Shown: positions 5,506-15,594 of the stretch, in pieces | Position numbering within the stretch: position 1 is the first letter of the stretch | Layout of the letters: each line of letters opens with the position of its first letter | Source of the DNA: a virus | Lineage: Duplodnaviria > Caudoviricetes | DNA length: 50,358 nt | Direction: 5' to 3' (one strand) | Virus record (IMG/VR): IMGVR_UViG_3300030106_006546 | Span: 1-50,358 of that record | Notes under the pieces: generated by a model | What the model saw: only the letters and a program-made list of their open reading frames with translations | The model's database searches: none | What the model was told of the DNA's origin: nothing | Position numbers and translations under genes: made by a program

Positions 5506-8292
5506 ATGGCAGTTTACACAAACGATTTACGATTAACAGAACTCGCCACGGGGGAAGGCTCGGGCACATGGGGCACGACAACGAATACCAACCTGTCGCT
5601 CATCGCAGACTCGTTTGGGTTCGGTACAGAGGCGATTACCACAAACGCCGATACTCACACCACTACGATAGCAGACGGCAGCGCCGATGCGGGTCGAGCG
5701 ATTTTTCTAAAATACACAGGCACTCTCGACTCGACCTGCACGATTACGATCGGCCCAAACACCGTCTCAAAGCTTTGGTTTATTGAGAATGCAACGAGCG
5801 GCTCTCAAAGCATCATAATTAAGCAAGGCTCAGGGGCCACAGTCACAATTGCGAATGGTCAGACAAAGGCCATTTATTCAGACGGCGCTGGCTCAGGCGG
5901 TGCGATGATCGATGCGCTGCAAGACCTATCAGTGCCTGATTTGTTTATTGATGATGATCTGACCTTTACATCTGACAGCGCGGTTATCACATTCGGCGCA
6001 GATGGCGACACCACTCTTACGCACACAGACGGCTCTGGCCTCACGCTTAACAGCACCAACAAAATCATGTTCAACGATGCGAGTCAATTCATTCAAGGCT
6101 CGTCTGCCACGGTCTTGTCTTTAGGCGCTACCGATGAGATTGACCTGACAGCCACCGCGATTGATGTAAACGGCACGATGGATGTTAGTGGCGCGTTGAC
6201 GGGCACAACTGCGACCTTTACAACCGCAGACAACTCATCTCAGTTGACCTTAAAATCAACTGATGCTGACTCGTCCATTGGCCCTCGCTTGGATTTAATT
6301 AGAGATAGTGCTTCTCCCGCTGACGGTGATTTTGCTGGGCAAATTCGATTTTTAGGAGATAACGATGCTGGTGAGCAAGTTGACTATGCCTTTATTCGAA
6401 CAAAACTTGTAGATGTCAGTGACGGTTCTGAAGATGGTCAGATGGATATCACTGCAAAACTTAATGGTTCAGATCGAACCCGCATAAGAATTAATAGTTC
6501 AGAATTAATTATAAACGATGATAGTGATGATTTAGATTTCCGCGTTGAGTCGGACGGAAGCACTCATGCTTTATTTTTGCAAGCGTCAGATGGAAATTTC
6601 GGCATCGGCACTAGCGCGCCGACTCAAAAATTACAAGTACAAGGCGGTATTCGAATTGGAGATACCATATCAGATGTTGCAGACGACGGGAGACCAATTA
6701 TATATGCAAGTGATGGTAGTGGGTCGCACACAGGTCACGCCCTTGTAATTCAGGCAAGAGATGGTACAGGTTCAGAGATTGACTTTGTAACTGGGACAAC
6801 ACCCACAACACGCATGCATATCGATTCTAGCGGAAATGTCGGTATCGGCACCACATCACCCTCTACGGCCTTGGACGTAAGTGGTGCGGCAACAATTACA
6901 ACCGCAGGCAACACCGCTCAGTTAGTTTTGAAGTCAACCGACGCTGATGCAAATGTTGGTCCTCGCTTAGATTTAACAAGGGATAGTGCAAGTCCTGCTG
7001 ACGGTGATATTGCTGGGCAAATACGATTTCAAGCAGACAACGACGCGGGGACGGAAACTACTTTTGGTCATATCCGAGCGACACTAGATGATGTTAGTGA
7101 CGGCTCTGAAGATGTCACTTTAGATATACAAACCATCTTGGCTGGGACAATCAGAAGTCGGGTAAAAATAAACTCTACGGAGACGGTTTTAAACGACAAC
7201 TCTCAAGACCTAGATTTCCGTGTTGAGTCTGATACCAAAACTCACATGCTTTTTGTAGACGCTGGCAATGATCGTATTGGTATTGGCTGTGACAGTCCAG
7301 ATGAGGTTGTACATATACAAGGTGGCGGCAATGGAAAAATAATTGTTGAACAGGGTAGCGCCCCTCGTGGAAATTATTTTGGTATCAATGGCGGAGATAA
7401 CATAGAAATAGCCGCTGATGAAGATAACTTAGGTGCTAACAGTACTATACGCTTTAGGGTTGATGCCTCAGAAAAAGTAAGAATTAGTACTGGTGGCGAC
7501 TTGCTGGTTGGTAAGACTTCCTCCTCAACAGGCACCGCAGGCTTTGAAGCAAGAGATGATGGTCAGACTGTTGCAACTATTGATGGTGGAACGGCTCTTA
7601 TTGCTAATCGCTTAACATCGGATGGCGATGTTGTAAAGGTTATGAAAGACGGCACCACGGTCGGCACGCTTGGTAGCTTCTCTGGCTCAAAAGTTTTCAT
7701 TGGTTCACCTTCGTCAGCAGGTGCAGTATTTGCTACCAACGGCGTTATGCCTGTCACAGACGGTTCACTTGCGGACAACGCTCACGATTTAGGACAAAGT
7801 TCTGCACGCTGGAAAGACCTCTACCTGTCAGGCGGTGCATACCTAGGCGGCACAGGTTCAGCCAATCTGTTGAATGACTATGAAGAAGGGTCGTGGACGC
7901 CTGCGGCTGATTTTGCAACTACCTCTCCAACATCAGGCGCTACAACAGGAACAGGCCGTTATATAAAAGTAGGTAATGTAGTTACTGTATGGGCTACTGT
8001 TTCAAACTTTAATGTAACTGGTGCGGCTGGTGATTTAAAAATAACAGGCTTGCCTTTTACTGCCCGCACACTAGACGCTCTACAAAGATACAACGGAGTC
8101 GTCAGGATAACTAATTGCGATTTTTCAGGCTTTACCAGTCCAATTCAAGTAAACAGCCAAGTTCTTGATAGCGCATCAGCAGTGACATTTATGGTCATTA
8201 GAGACAATACAAGCTCAGATAGTATTGGTGCAAACGAATTAAGTAACGGCGTATCAGATGTAAACTTTACGCTTACTTATGAAGCGGCCTAA
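5506..8292 (+). CDS. Tail fibre / receptor-binding protein
   Basis: 928 aa; N-terminal GTWGTTTNTN anchor, GNVGIGTTSP-type repeats, a duplicated SASPADGD...DFRVESD module, and a DYEEGSWTP C-terminal domain. Confidence 0.88.
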   Translation: MAVYTNDLRLTELATGEGSGTWGTTTNTNLSLIADSFGFGTEAITTNADTHTTTIADGSADAGRAIFLKYTGTLDSTCTITIGPNTVSKLWFIENATSGSQSIIIKQGSGATVTIANGQTKAIYSDGAGSGGAMIDALQDLSVPDLFIDDDLTFTSDSAVITFGADGDTTLTHTDGSGLTLNSTNKIMFNDASQFIQGSSATVLSLGATDEIDLTATAIDVNGTMDVSGALTGTTATFTTADNSSQLTLKSTDADSSIGPRLDLIRDSASPADGDFAGQIRFLGDNDAGEQVDYAFIRTKLVDVSDGSEDGQMDITAKLNGSDRTRIRINSSELIINDDSDDLDFRVESDGSTHALFLQASDGNFGIGTSAPTQKLQVQGGIRIGDTISDVADDGRPIIYASDGSGSHTGHALVIQARDGTGSEIDFVTGTTPTTRMHIDSSGNVGIGTTSPSTALDVSGAATITTAGNTAQLVLKSTDADANVGPRLDLTRDSASPADGDIAGQIRFQADNDAGTETTFGHIRATLDDVSDGSEDVTLDIQTILAGTIRSRVKINSTETVLNDNSQDLDFRVESDTKTHMLFVDAGNDRIGIGCDSPDEVVHIQGGGNGKIIVEQGSAPRGNYFGINGGDNIEIAADEDNLGANSTIRFRVDASEKVRISTGGDLLVGKTSSSTGTAGFEARDDGQTVATIDGGTALIANRLTSDGDVVKVMKDGTTVGTLGSFSGSKVFIGSPSSAGAVFATNGVMPVTDGSLADNAHDLGQSSARWKDLYLSGGAYLGGTGSANLLNDYEEGSWTPAADFATTSPTSGATTGTGRYIKVGNVVTVWATVSNFNVTGAAGDLKITGLPFTARTLDALQRYNGVVRITNCDFSGFTSPIQVNSQVLDSASAVTFMVIRDNTSSDSIGANELSNGVSDVNFTLTYEAA

Positions 8293-8334
8293 TTATCTCA
8301 AGTGGATTCTTGAGACGGACTAAAGGAGAAAACA

Positions 8335-8559
8335 ATGGCATTAACTAAAAGCGTAACAGCAGACAAAGTAGAAGTAGTCACAGGACAAGACGAAGACGGC
8401 AACGACGTAACCTCTGTTCAAGTACGGACTGCTACTAAGGTACTCGAAGACGGAGAAGTAATTTCATCAAGCTATCACCGTCATGTAATTCAATCAGGTG
8501 ACGACTGGTCATCTGAACCATCTAACGTGCAGGCTATCTGCAACGCAGTATTTAGCTAA
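8335..8559 (+). CDS. Small tail-fibre-associated protein
   Basis: 74 aa; AGGAG RBS; VQVRTAT...YHRHV motif; follows the fibre gene. Confidence 0.7.
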   Translation: MALTKSVTADKVEVVTGQDEDGNDVTSVQVRTATKVLEDGEVISSSYHRHVIQSGDDWSSEPSNVQAICNAVFS

Positions 8560-8570
8560 GGAGTTAAACA

Positions 8571-8876
8571 ATGGCTACATGGACTATAGCTAACCTTGAG
8601 CGTAACGTGGCAGACGGCGGTGTAACCATTGCACACTGGCGTGTTACTGAATCTGAAACTGTAGGTGAAGATACTTTTACCGCTTCTACTTACGGTACGT
8701 GTGGTTTCACCCCTGACGCTTCTGCTTCTGATTTTGTCGCTTACAACGACCTAACAGAATCTACTGTATTAGGTTGGGTACACGCAGAAGTTGATAAAGA
8801 TGCTACTGAGGCGGCACTCACAGCAAATATTGCAACGCAAAAAAATCCTGTGTCTGCCGAGGGTGTACCGTGGTGA
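8571..8876 (+). CDS. Conserved phage protein, tail-fibre associated
   Basis: 101 aa; AAGGAG RBS; ends GVPW. Confidence 0.7.
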   Translation: MATWTIANLERNVADGGVTIAHWRVTESETVGEDTFTASTYGTCGFTPDASASDFVAYNDLTESTVLGWVHAEVDKDATEAALTANIATQKNPVSAEGVPW

Positions 8877-9043
8877 TACGATTGGATCTCGAAAGTGCAG
8901 AAATAAACGCCATCCTCCAAGTTTTGGGAGATTTGCCTTCAAAGACAGGCGCTTGGCCGCTGATGATAAAAATTAAAGCGCAAGCAGAAGCTCAAACAGA
9001 AAGTGAAGAGATAGAGCCAGTAGAAGAAGATCAACCTGAGTAG
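8873..9043 (+). CDS. Small hypothetical protein (56 aa, MIRLDLESAEINAILQVLGDLP...)
   Basis: Translated by hand; GTG overlaps the previous TGA. Confidence 0.6.
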   Translation: MIRLDLESAEINAILQVLGDLPSKTGAWPLMIKIKAQAEAQTESEEIEPVEEDQPE

Positions 9044-9057
9044 CCTGGCAGGGCTGC

Positions 9058-9243
9058 ATGGAAGCGGTGCTTTTGATTTTGATACTCGAAGGGAGCACTG
9101 TAGCTTATGTAGGGTATAGAGTCGTGCCACACACGGTATGTATATACAAGGAGTCAGAAACGGGGAAAAAGCACACTTACTATGTGCGCTCCGCACTCTA
9201 TCGATGCCCAAAGTGGCTTTGGCTTAAAAATGAAGGGAGATAA
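9058..9243 (+). CDS. Hypothetical protein
   Basis: 61-aa ORF that fills the gap in the operon. Confidence 0.5.
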   Translation: MEAVLLILILEGSTVAYVGYRVVPHTVCIYKESETGKKHTYYVRSALYRCPKWLWLKNEGR

Positions 9244-9245
9244 CG

Positions 9246-9410
9246 ATGGAAACATTAGCTAACGCTTTGATTACGGTGACATCAATTGTGACTGTCGCAA
9301 GCTTGATAGCGGCGAGCACGCCGACGCCCGTCGATGATGGTTGGATCAAAAAGTTGTATGGATATTTGGATCTTTTGGCCCTGAATATTGGACGCGCAAA
9401 AGACAAATAA
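9246..9410 (+). CDS. Small membrane protein, holin-like (TPTPxDD motif)
   Basis: Translated by hand as METLANALITVTSIVTVASLIAASTPTPVDDGW...; GGGAG RBS. Confidence 0.65.
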   Translation: METLANALITVTSIVTVASLIAASTPTPVDDGWIKKLYGYLDLLALNIGRAKDK

Positions 9411-9422
9411 TATGATGTCGTA

Positions 9423-9605
9423 ATGGATACCAGCGAAAAAGCTTTGCAAGAAATACACACTCATGCGCGCGAGTGTGATCTACGGTATCAGCAAATTAAC
9501 TATCAGCTTGAGCGCGGCTCAAAAAGATTCGATCGTTTAGAGGCGATGATCTGGGGCGTTTATGTGACTGTGATTATCGCTGTCGCATTGCCTCAATTTT
9601 TGTAA
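9423..9605 (+). CDS. Coiled-coil protein with C-terminal transmembrane helix (lysis region)
   Basis: 60 aa with a hydrophobic C-terminus. Confidence 0.65.
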   Translation: MDTSEKALQEIHTHARECDLRYQQINYQLERGSKRFDRLEAMIWGVYVTVIIAVALPQFL

Positions 9606-9623
9606 CTAGTACAGGGGGGCCAT

Positions 9624-10076
9624 ATGATAATCGAGTCGATCGTCGCCGCCTCTGCTATTTTGAATCAAATCAACCAGATGGTTGCGACAGCCAATGAAAC
9701 TGGCCAAGGCATACAAAATGTAATGGGCTTGATTTCAGACTTTGGTGAAGGTCTGAATGAATTTGAAGCAAAGCGCAGAGAGTCTACCTTCAAGCCGCTA
9801 TCAAATGATGAGCTATTAAAGCTACAAATGCTCAAGCGTCAGTATGAACGCCACTGGAAATCCGTGCATGACTTGCTGGCTATGGTTGATCCAGAGCTGC
9901 TTCAGCAGTTCCAAGAAGCGAAAGCGCAACAAGAACGCGACCGTAAAGCGCATTTCGAAATGCTTAGAAAAAAACGAAAAGAGCGCGAAGAGTTCATTGA
10001 AGCTACTTTGATTATCAGCCTTGTGGTCGCTTTGGGCGGCGGTGTACTTTTTATGACGTTGTGGCTTATTTTTTAA
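9624..10076 (+). CDS. Membrane-anchored hypothetical protein
   Basis: 150 aa with a C-terminal TM segment. Confidence 0.7.
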   Translation: MIIESIVAASAILNQINQMVATANETGQGIQNVMGLISDFGEGLNEFEAKRRESTFKPLSNDELLKLQMLKRQYERHWKSVHDLLAMVDPELLQQFQEAKAQQERDRKAHFEMLRKKRKEREEFIEATLIISLVVALGGGVLFMTLWLIF

Positions 10077-10108
10077 ACCAGCGCGCAACACTAATTTGAG
10101 GACTTGTT

Positions 10109-10444
10109 ATGGCCGCAAAAAAATTGGAAGAAAACAGTGATTACGCAGAGTATGACTCTGATGGCGACGGGATTGTTACAGATGAGGAGCTGGAGACCAG
10201 CAAAGAGTTGCAAGAGCTGAGGCTCCGACATGAGAGGGCTGATGCTCAAAGAGCGATGAGCTGGTTTGCGCTTTGGGGTATGCTTTTGTATCCCTCGCTG
10301 GTCGTGGCGAGTGAGTTTTTCGGATTGACTCAAGCGGCCGCGATTTTAGGGGCTATGGCCAGTGTATACTTTGTGAGTGTTGCAGGGATACTGGCGGCCT
10401 TCTTCGGCGCCCAGGCGTGGTCTAATCGATCAAACGGGAAATGA
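10109..10444 (+). CDS. Putative holin with an EF-hand-like N-terminal loop
   Basis: DSDGDGIVTDEE loop followed by two TM segments; upstream of the spanins and lysozyme. Confidence 0.6.
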   Translation: MAAKKLEENSDYAEYDSDGDGIVTDEELETSKELQELRLRHERADAQRAMSWFALWGMLLYPSLVVASEFFGLTQAAAILGAMASVYFVSVAGILAAFFGAQAWSNRSNGK

Positions 10445-10445
10445 T

Positions 10446-10844
10446 ATGTGGCAAGTTTCAGGTTTATTGAGCGTGGCTTTGATCGTGACAGGCGGCGCGT
10501 TCAAACTCTACGCTGATAAAACTGAGGCCGAAAAATCACAACTACGCAGTGAGCTGCGAATATCTGCTGACAATCAACTGGTGTTAGAAAGCAGCATTAC
10601 AAACCTGAACTCTCAACTCATCGCTGCCGAAAATCGTTTAGAAAAAATATTAGATCGTGTGAACGATTTGCAGATCGAAAATGCTCAAGCACAAGCAGAA
10701 GTAGAAAGCGTTAGGTCTAAATTTGCAAAACACGACATGAGCGTCCTGTCTTTGAGAAAGCCAGGCTTGATTGAAAATATTATCAACCGGGGAACCAAGG
10801 AGGTCTTACGTGATTTGGAGACTGTTACCGATCCTTCTAATTAG
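10446..10844 (+). CDS. Putative i-spanin (Rz-like)
   Basis: N-terminal TM segment plus coiled coil; overlaps a lipoprotein gene. Confidence 0.65.
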   Translation: MWQVSGLLSVALIVTGGAFKLYADKTEAEKSQLRSELRISADNQLVLESSITNLNSQLIAAENRLEKILDRVNDLQIENAQAQAEVESVRSKFAKHDMSVLSLRKPGLIENIINRGTKEVLRDLETVTDPSN

Positions 10845-11220
10845 TGGTTGTAGTATTTTTGAGCGAACACCATACATTCCTGAGACAAAACCCGTCGAAA
10901 TCGTTACGATCACTGAACCTGCGCCTATCTATCACCCCGCTTTACCAAACGCAATTACGACCAGCCCAGTTGAATGGAAGGTTTTGACACCTGAAACTAT
11001 GCAAGAATATTTGGAAGATCTCGAGGCTGGCAACGCGCCTACAAATGCCTATTACGGACTATCTACAAAAGGCTATGAAAACCTTTCAAGCAACATGGCC
11101 GAGGTCAAACGGTATATCCGTCAAGTATTGAATATTATAGACTACTATAGAAATATAGACTCAGGGACTGACGATGAGAGTGACGAGCAGCGAAGGAATC
11201 GCACTGATAAAGAAATTTGA
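10810..11220 (+). CDS. Putative o-spanin (Rz1-like lipoprotein)
   Basis: Lipobox LLISGC, Pro-rich; likely GTG start at 10810. Confidence 0.65.
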   Translation: MIWRLLPILLISGCSIFERTPYIPETKPVEIVTITEPAPIYHPALPNAITTSPVEWKVLTPETMQEYLEDLEAGNAPTNAYYGLSTKGYENLSSNMAEVKRYIRQVLNIIDYYRNIDSGTDDESDEQRRNRTDKEI

Positions 11221-11620
11221 AGGGTGTGAGCTTGAAGCTTACCAGTGCTCTGCGAATGTTTGGACACTCGGTTATGGACATACTGCTGGCGTGTCAGAGG
11301 GCGATACATGCACAGAGGAAGACGCTGAAACCATGTTGGCTGAAGACCTTCAAGAGTTTGAGAATTATGTCAATGATTTGGTGACTTCTGACTTGTCACA
11401 AAACGAGTTTGATGCCTTAGTCGCGTGGACCTACAACTTGGGCCCGGGCGCTTTGAAAGAATCCACTTTGTTACGCAGACTCAACGACGGCGACTATGAG
11501 GATGTGCCTCATCAGATCAAACGCTGGAATCGCGCGGGCGGCGAGGTACTACCTGGTCTAACTCGCCGTCGAGAAGCAGAGGCTTTATTGTTCCAGGGAG
11601 AGCCTTGGGAGGATGTCTGA
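11174..11620 (+). CDS. Endolysin, phage lysozyme (GH24)
   Basis: FEGC..AYQC...WTLGYGHT and GLTRRREAE motifs. Confidence 0.95.
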   Translation: MRVTSSEGIALIKKFEGCELEAYQCSANVWTLGYGHTAGVSEGDTCTEEDAETMLAEDLQEFENYVNDLVTSDLSQNEFDALVAWTYNLGPGALKESTLLRRLNDGDYEDVPHQIKRWNRAGGEVLPGLTRRREAEALLFQGEPWEDV

Positions 11621-13097
11621 GCTATCGCTCAAAGACTTTGAGATCCTCAGTGAACAGGATCAAAACGAGGCGCTTGCCCTCCTCTCACGTTTCGATCAAA
11701 TGGAGAAACAAGAGAAGTGCCAAGGTGACTTCATCGAGTTTGTCAAACACATGTGGCCTGAGTGTATCCTGGGGCGCCACCACAAAATCATCGGCGACAA
11801 GTTTAATAAGATAGCTCAAGGCAAGCTCAAGCGTTTGATTGTCTGTCTGCCCCCCAGACACTCCAAATCAGAGTTTGCTTCGACGTATTTCCCTGCGTGG
11901 ATGATGGGATTGAAGGGCGATCTGAAGATCATACAAACCACGCACACCGCAGAACTCGCGGTGCGATTCGGTCGTAAGGTTAGAAACTTGATCGACTCTG
12001 ACGATTACTCGCAAGTATTCCCAGAGCTGAAGCTAGAAGCCGATAACAAATCGGCGGGCCGATGGACAACCAACCAAGACGGTGAAAGTTTTTATGCAGG
12101 TGTGGGTGGTGCAATTACGGGTCGAGGTGCTGACCTGCTAATCATTGACGATCCCCACTCGGAGCAAGACGCATTGTCACCGACTGCGATGGAGTCCGCG
12201 TATGAGTGGTACACATCAGGACCACGTCAGCGTTTGCAGCCTGGTGGCATCATCATCATCGTCATGACGCGATGGAGCACAAAAGATTTGGTCGGCAAAG
12301 TCCTGAAAAAGCAAGGCGACGATCATGCAGATCAATGGGAGGTCATTGAGTTCCCAGCGATCATGCCCGAGTCAGATACACCCTTATGGCCTGAGTTTTG
12401 GAAAAAAGACGAGTTGCTTTCAGTAAAAGCTTCACTGCCAGTTAGCAAGTGGAACTCTCAGTGGATGCAAAATCCCACCGCTGAGGCGGGGTCTATCGTC
12501 AAACGCGAGTGGTGGCGGCGTTGGGAGCCTGATTATGTACCAGGGTACGACTACGTCATACAGAGCTACGATACGGCGTTCAGCAAAAAAGAGACCGCCG
12601 ACTACTCCGCTATCACGACTTGGGCGATTTTTCATTCGCCCGATGACGACGTAGAGTCAATTATCTTACTTGATGCAAAACGAGTGCGAATGGATTTTCC
12701 AGAGCTGAAGCGATTGGCTTACGATGAATATAAATACTGGGAGCCCGATTGTATCCTGATTGAAGCAAAAGCTAGTGGTACGCCTTTGACACAAGAGCTG
12801 AGGCGCATGGGTATCCCAGTGACAAGCTATACACCTTCGCGTGGGCAAGATAAGATCGCCAGAATGAACTCTGTTGCTCCGATCTTCGAAAGCGGCATGG
12901 TATGGGCGCCTTGTGAAAGTTTTGCCGATGAGGTGATCGAAGAGATGGCAAGCTTTCCGTTCGGCGATAATGACGATTACTGCGATAGTGCTACTATGGC
13001 TTTGATGCGGTTTCGCCAAGGTGGGTTTTTGGCCTTACAGGACGATTACCCTGAAGAGGTCCAACTGCTCCGTGCAAATAGACAGGTGTATTACTGA
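11613..13097 (+). CDS. terL: Terminase large subunit
   Basis: PPRHSKS Walker A variant, LLIIDDP Walker B, and a C-terminal RNase H-like nuclease (SYDTA, DDYCD). Confidence 0.95.
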   Translation: MSELSLKDFEILSEQDQNEALALLSRFDQMEKQEKCQGDFIEFVKHMWPECILGRHHKIIGDKFNKIAQGKLKRLIVCLPPRHSKSEFASTYFPAWMMGLKGDLKIIQTTHTAELAVRFGRKVRNLIDSDDYSQVFPELKLEADNKSAGRWTTNQDGESFYAGVGGAITGRGADLLIIDDPHSEQDALSPTAMESAYEWYTSGPRQRLQPGGIIIIVMTRWSTKDLVGKVLKKQGDDHADQWEVIEFPAIMPESDTPLWPEFWKKDELLSVKASLPVSKWNSQWMQNPTAEAGSIVKREWWRRWEPDYVPGYDYVIQSYDTAFSKKETADYSAITTWAIFHSPDDDVESIILLDAKRVRMDFPELKRLAYDEYKYWEPDCILIEAKASGTPLTQELRRMGIPVTSYTPSRGQDKIARMNSVAPIFESGMVWAPCESFADEVIEEMASFPFGDNDDYCDSATMALMRFRQGGFLALQDDYPEEVQLLRANRQVYY

Positions 13098-15592
13098 TGG
13101 CGATTGAAAAAAAAGGTTTGGGCACTGAGACAGACCCCGATGTAATGCCAATGGGCAGCGCGATGGAAATCGAGCCTGAAATGACTCGGGCCGATGAAAT
13201 ACGCAACGCCGCAGAAATACTTATCTCAGAAGAAAACATACTCATCGATGATGAGATAGACGCCGTTGACGAGCCTATTGCCACAGATTTTAACGCCAAC
13301 CTCGTTGAATTTATCTCACCATCGGACTTGTCAAAGCTTGCCGATGACGTCCTATCGTCCATCAAATCAGACAAAGAAAGTCGCAGCGAGTGGGAAAAAA
13401 CCTATACGGATGGCCTTAAATATCTTGGCATGAAGTTCGATGATTCTCGCAGCCAACCCTTTGAAGGATCAACCGGGGTTATCCACCCCATCTTGGCGGA
13501 GTCAGTCACGCAGTTTCAAGCTCAAGCATACAAAGAACTTTTGCCCGCTAAAGGCCCGGTGAAGACAGAGGTGGTTGGCGTTCGCACACCTGAGATCGAA
13601 ATGCAAGCGGGCCGTGTTCAAGACTTCATGAACTACTATATTATGAACGTAATGCAGGAGTACGACCCGGAACTCGATATGCTCTTGTTTTACCTGCCGC
13701 TTGCAGGATCTGCGTTCAAAAAAGTGTATTACGACACCAGTATGAATAAAGCGGCGAGTAAATTTATCGAGCCGCAAGACTTGATTGTGCCTTACGAAGC
13801 CGCTGACCTATTTACAGCAGAGCGCGTCACACATGTCTTGAACATGAGCCGTAACGAAATTAAGAAGCAACAGCTCAACGGCTTCTACGCCGACGTAGAC
13901 CTCAAAGGTGGCGCGGTCAATTACATGAGAAGTGAGGTCGAAGAAGAGATTGACGAGATTGAGGGCATGGAGCCCTCGTATCAAGAAAACAGAGATTATG
14001 TTGTCTTCGAGACACACACTATCTTGGACATTCCCGGCTTCGAGGATTTAGGAGCAGACGGTGAGCCAACAGGTCTCAAGCTACCTTACATCGTAACCAT
14101 CGATGAGCAGTCACAAAAAGTGCTGTCCATAAGACGCAACTATCTTGAGCAAGACCCGCGCAAAATGAAGATCAACTATTTTGTGCAGTACAAGTTTTTG
14201 CCGGGGCTCGGTTTTTACGGCCTTGGCCTCAGCCACATGATCGGCGGAATTAGCAAATCAGCAACTTCGATACTCCGACAACTTATTGATGCGGGCACGC
14301 TTGCAAACTTGCCCGCAGGTTTCAAAGCTCGGGGCATGCGTATTCGTGACGAGGACAACCCGCTACAACCTGGTGAGTTCCGTGACATAGATACAACGGG
14401 CGCCTCACTACGAGAAAACTTGATACCACTGCCGATTAAAGAACCCAGCAACGTATTGATGAGTCTGCTCGGGCTTTTGGTCGAGTCAGGCAAACGGTTT
14501 GCCAGCATCGCTGATATGAACGTGGGCGACATGAATCAAGCCATGCCCGTGGGAACTACAGTCGCTTTGCTTGAGCGTGGCACCAAAGTCATGTCAGCCA
14601 TCCACAAGCGGTTGCACTACAGTCAGAAGCTAGAGTTTCAGCTCCTCGCAAAAGTCTTTGCAGAATATTTACCACAGACATACCCATTTGTTGCGCGCAA
14701 CGGCCCACAAGAAATCATGGCGCAGGACTTCGATGGTCGGGTAGACGTTATTCCTGTGTCAGACCCCAACATTTTCAGCCAGTCTCAACGCATCACGATG
14801 GCGCAAGAGTTATTGCAAATGGTGCAATCAAACCCTGAAATACACGGCCCTCAGGGTATGTACGAAGCGTATCGGCGCATGTATTCGGCGCTGGGTGTGG
14901 ACGACGTGGATAGTTTGATTCAGCCACCACCCCCGCCACCGATGCCTCAACCGATAGATGCAGGGATTGAAAACAACGGCTTTTTGATGGGCCAGCCCGC
15001 TCAGGCGTTTGAGCAACAAAACCATCAAGCCCATATCGACGCTCACCGCTCTCTGTTTTTGACCGACGTGGTGAAACAGAATCCTGCGTTGCAAGGAATG
15101 ATTATTGGTCACATGATGCAGCACTTGCAGTTCATGGCAGGTCAAATGGCGCAAGCTCAAATACCACCAGAGCTGGGTCAGCAAATGCAACAGTTACAAC
15201 AAGCTGGGCAAGCGGGGCAAATCCCACCTGATCAAATGCAGATGCAAATGGGTCAGATCCAAATGCAGATAGAGCAATTCTCAGCACCGATCTTGGCACA
15301 GTTGACACAGGAGCTGCTTGAGTCGATTGGCCAGGGTGATGAGACAGATCCATTAGTGCAGATACGACAGCAAGAGCTAGAGTTGCGCGAAAAAGCTATC
15401 GATGTAGACAACGAGCAATTCGAAGCAAAACAAGCGGCTCGGGCCAGAGAAAAATTGCTGGAAAGCGAAATATCAAAACAGCGAATCGACACTCAGAAAG
15501 AGGTCGCAGATGATAAATTAGACGTTGCGTTACGACGTTTGGAACAACAAGCAGAGCTCAAACTGCTTGATATGCAGAACAGGGGAAGATAA
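13097..15592 (+). CDS. Portal protein with a long Q/P/M-rich C-terminal region
   Basis: 831 aa directly after terL; podovirus-type portal motifs (AGSAFKKVYYD, LIDAGTLANLPAGF). Confidence 0.88.
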   Translation: MAIEKKGLGTETDPDVMPMGSAMEIEPEMTRADEIRNAAEILISEENILIDDEIDAVDEPIATDFNANLVEFISPSDLSKLADDVLSSIKSDKESRSEWEKTYTDGLKYLGMKFDDSRSQPFEGSTGVIHPILAESVTQFQAQAYKELLPAKGPVKTEVVGVRTPEIEMQAGRVQDFMNYYIMNVMQEYDPELDMLLFYLPLAGSAFKKVYYDTSMNKAASKFIEPQDLIVPYEAADLFTAERVTHVLNMSRNEIKKQQLNGFYADVDLKGGAVNYMRSEVEEEIDEIEGMEPSYQENRDYVVFETHTILDIPGFEDLGADGEPTGLKLPYIVTIDEQSQKVLSIRRNYLEQDPRKMKINYFVQYKFLPGLGFYGLGLSHMIGGISKSATSILRQLIDAGTLANLPAGFKARGMRIRDEDNPLQPGEFRDIDTTGASLRENLIPLPIKEPSNVLMSLLGLLVESGKRFASIADMNVGDMNQAMPVGTTVALLERGTKVMSAIHKRLHYSQKLEFQLLAKVFAEYLPQTYPFVARNGPQEIMAQDFDGRVDVIPVSDPNIFSQSQRITMAQELLQMVQSNPEIHGPQGMYEAYRRMYSALGVDDVDSLIQPPPPPPMPQPIDAGIENNGFLMGQPAQAFEQQNHQAHIDAHRSLFLTDVVKQNPALQGMIIGHMMQHLQFMAGQMAQAQIPPELGQQMQQLQQAGQAGQIPPDQMQMQMGQIQMQIEQFSAPILAQLTQELLESIGQGDETDPLVQIRQQELELREKAIDVDNEQFEAKQAARAREKLLESEISKQRIDTQKEVADDKLDVALRRLEQQAELKLLDMQNRGR

Positions 15593-15594
15593 CT

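Noticed and set aside
3879-8292. Gin/Cin-like tail-fibre inversion system
   Set aside because: No inverted recombination sites or antisense alternative fibre ends were seen.
5506-8292. Diversity-generating retroelement acting on the fibre repeats
   Set aside because: There is no reverse transcriptase, and the repeat copies are in-frame diverged domains rather than adenine-specific variants.
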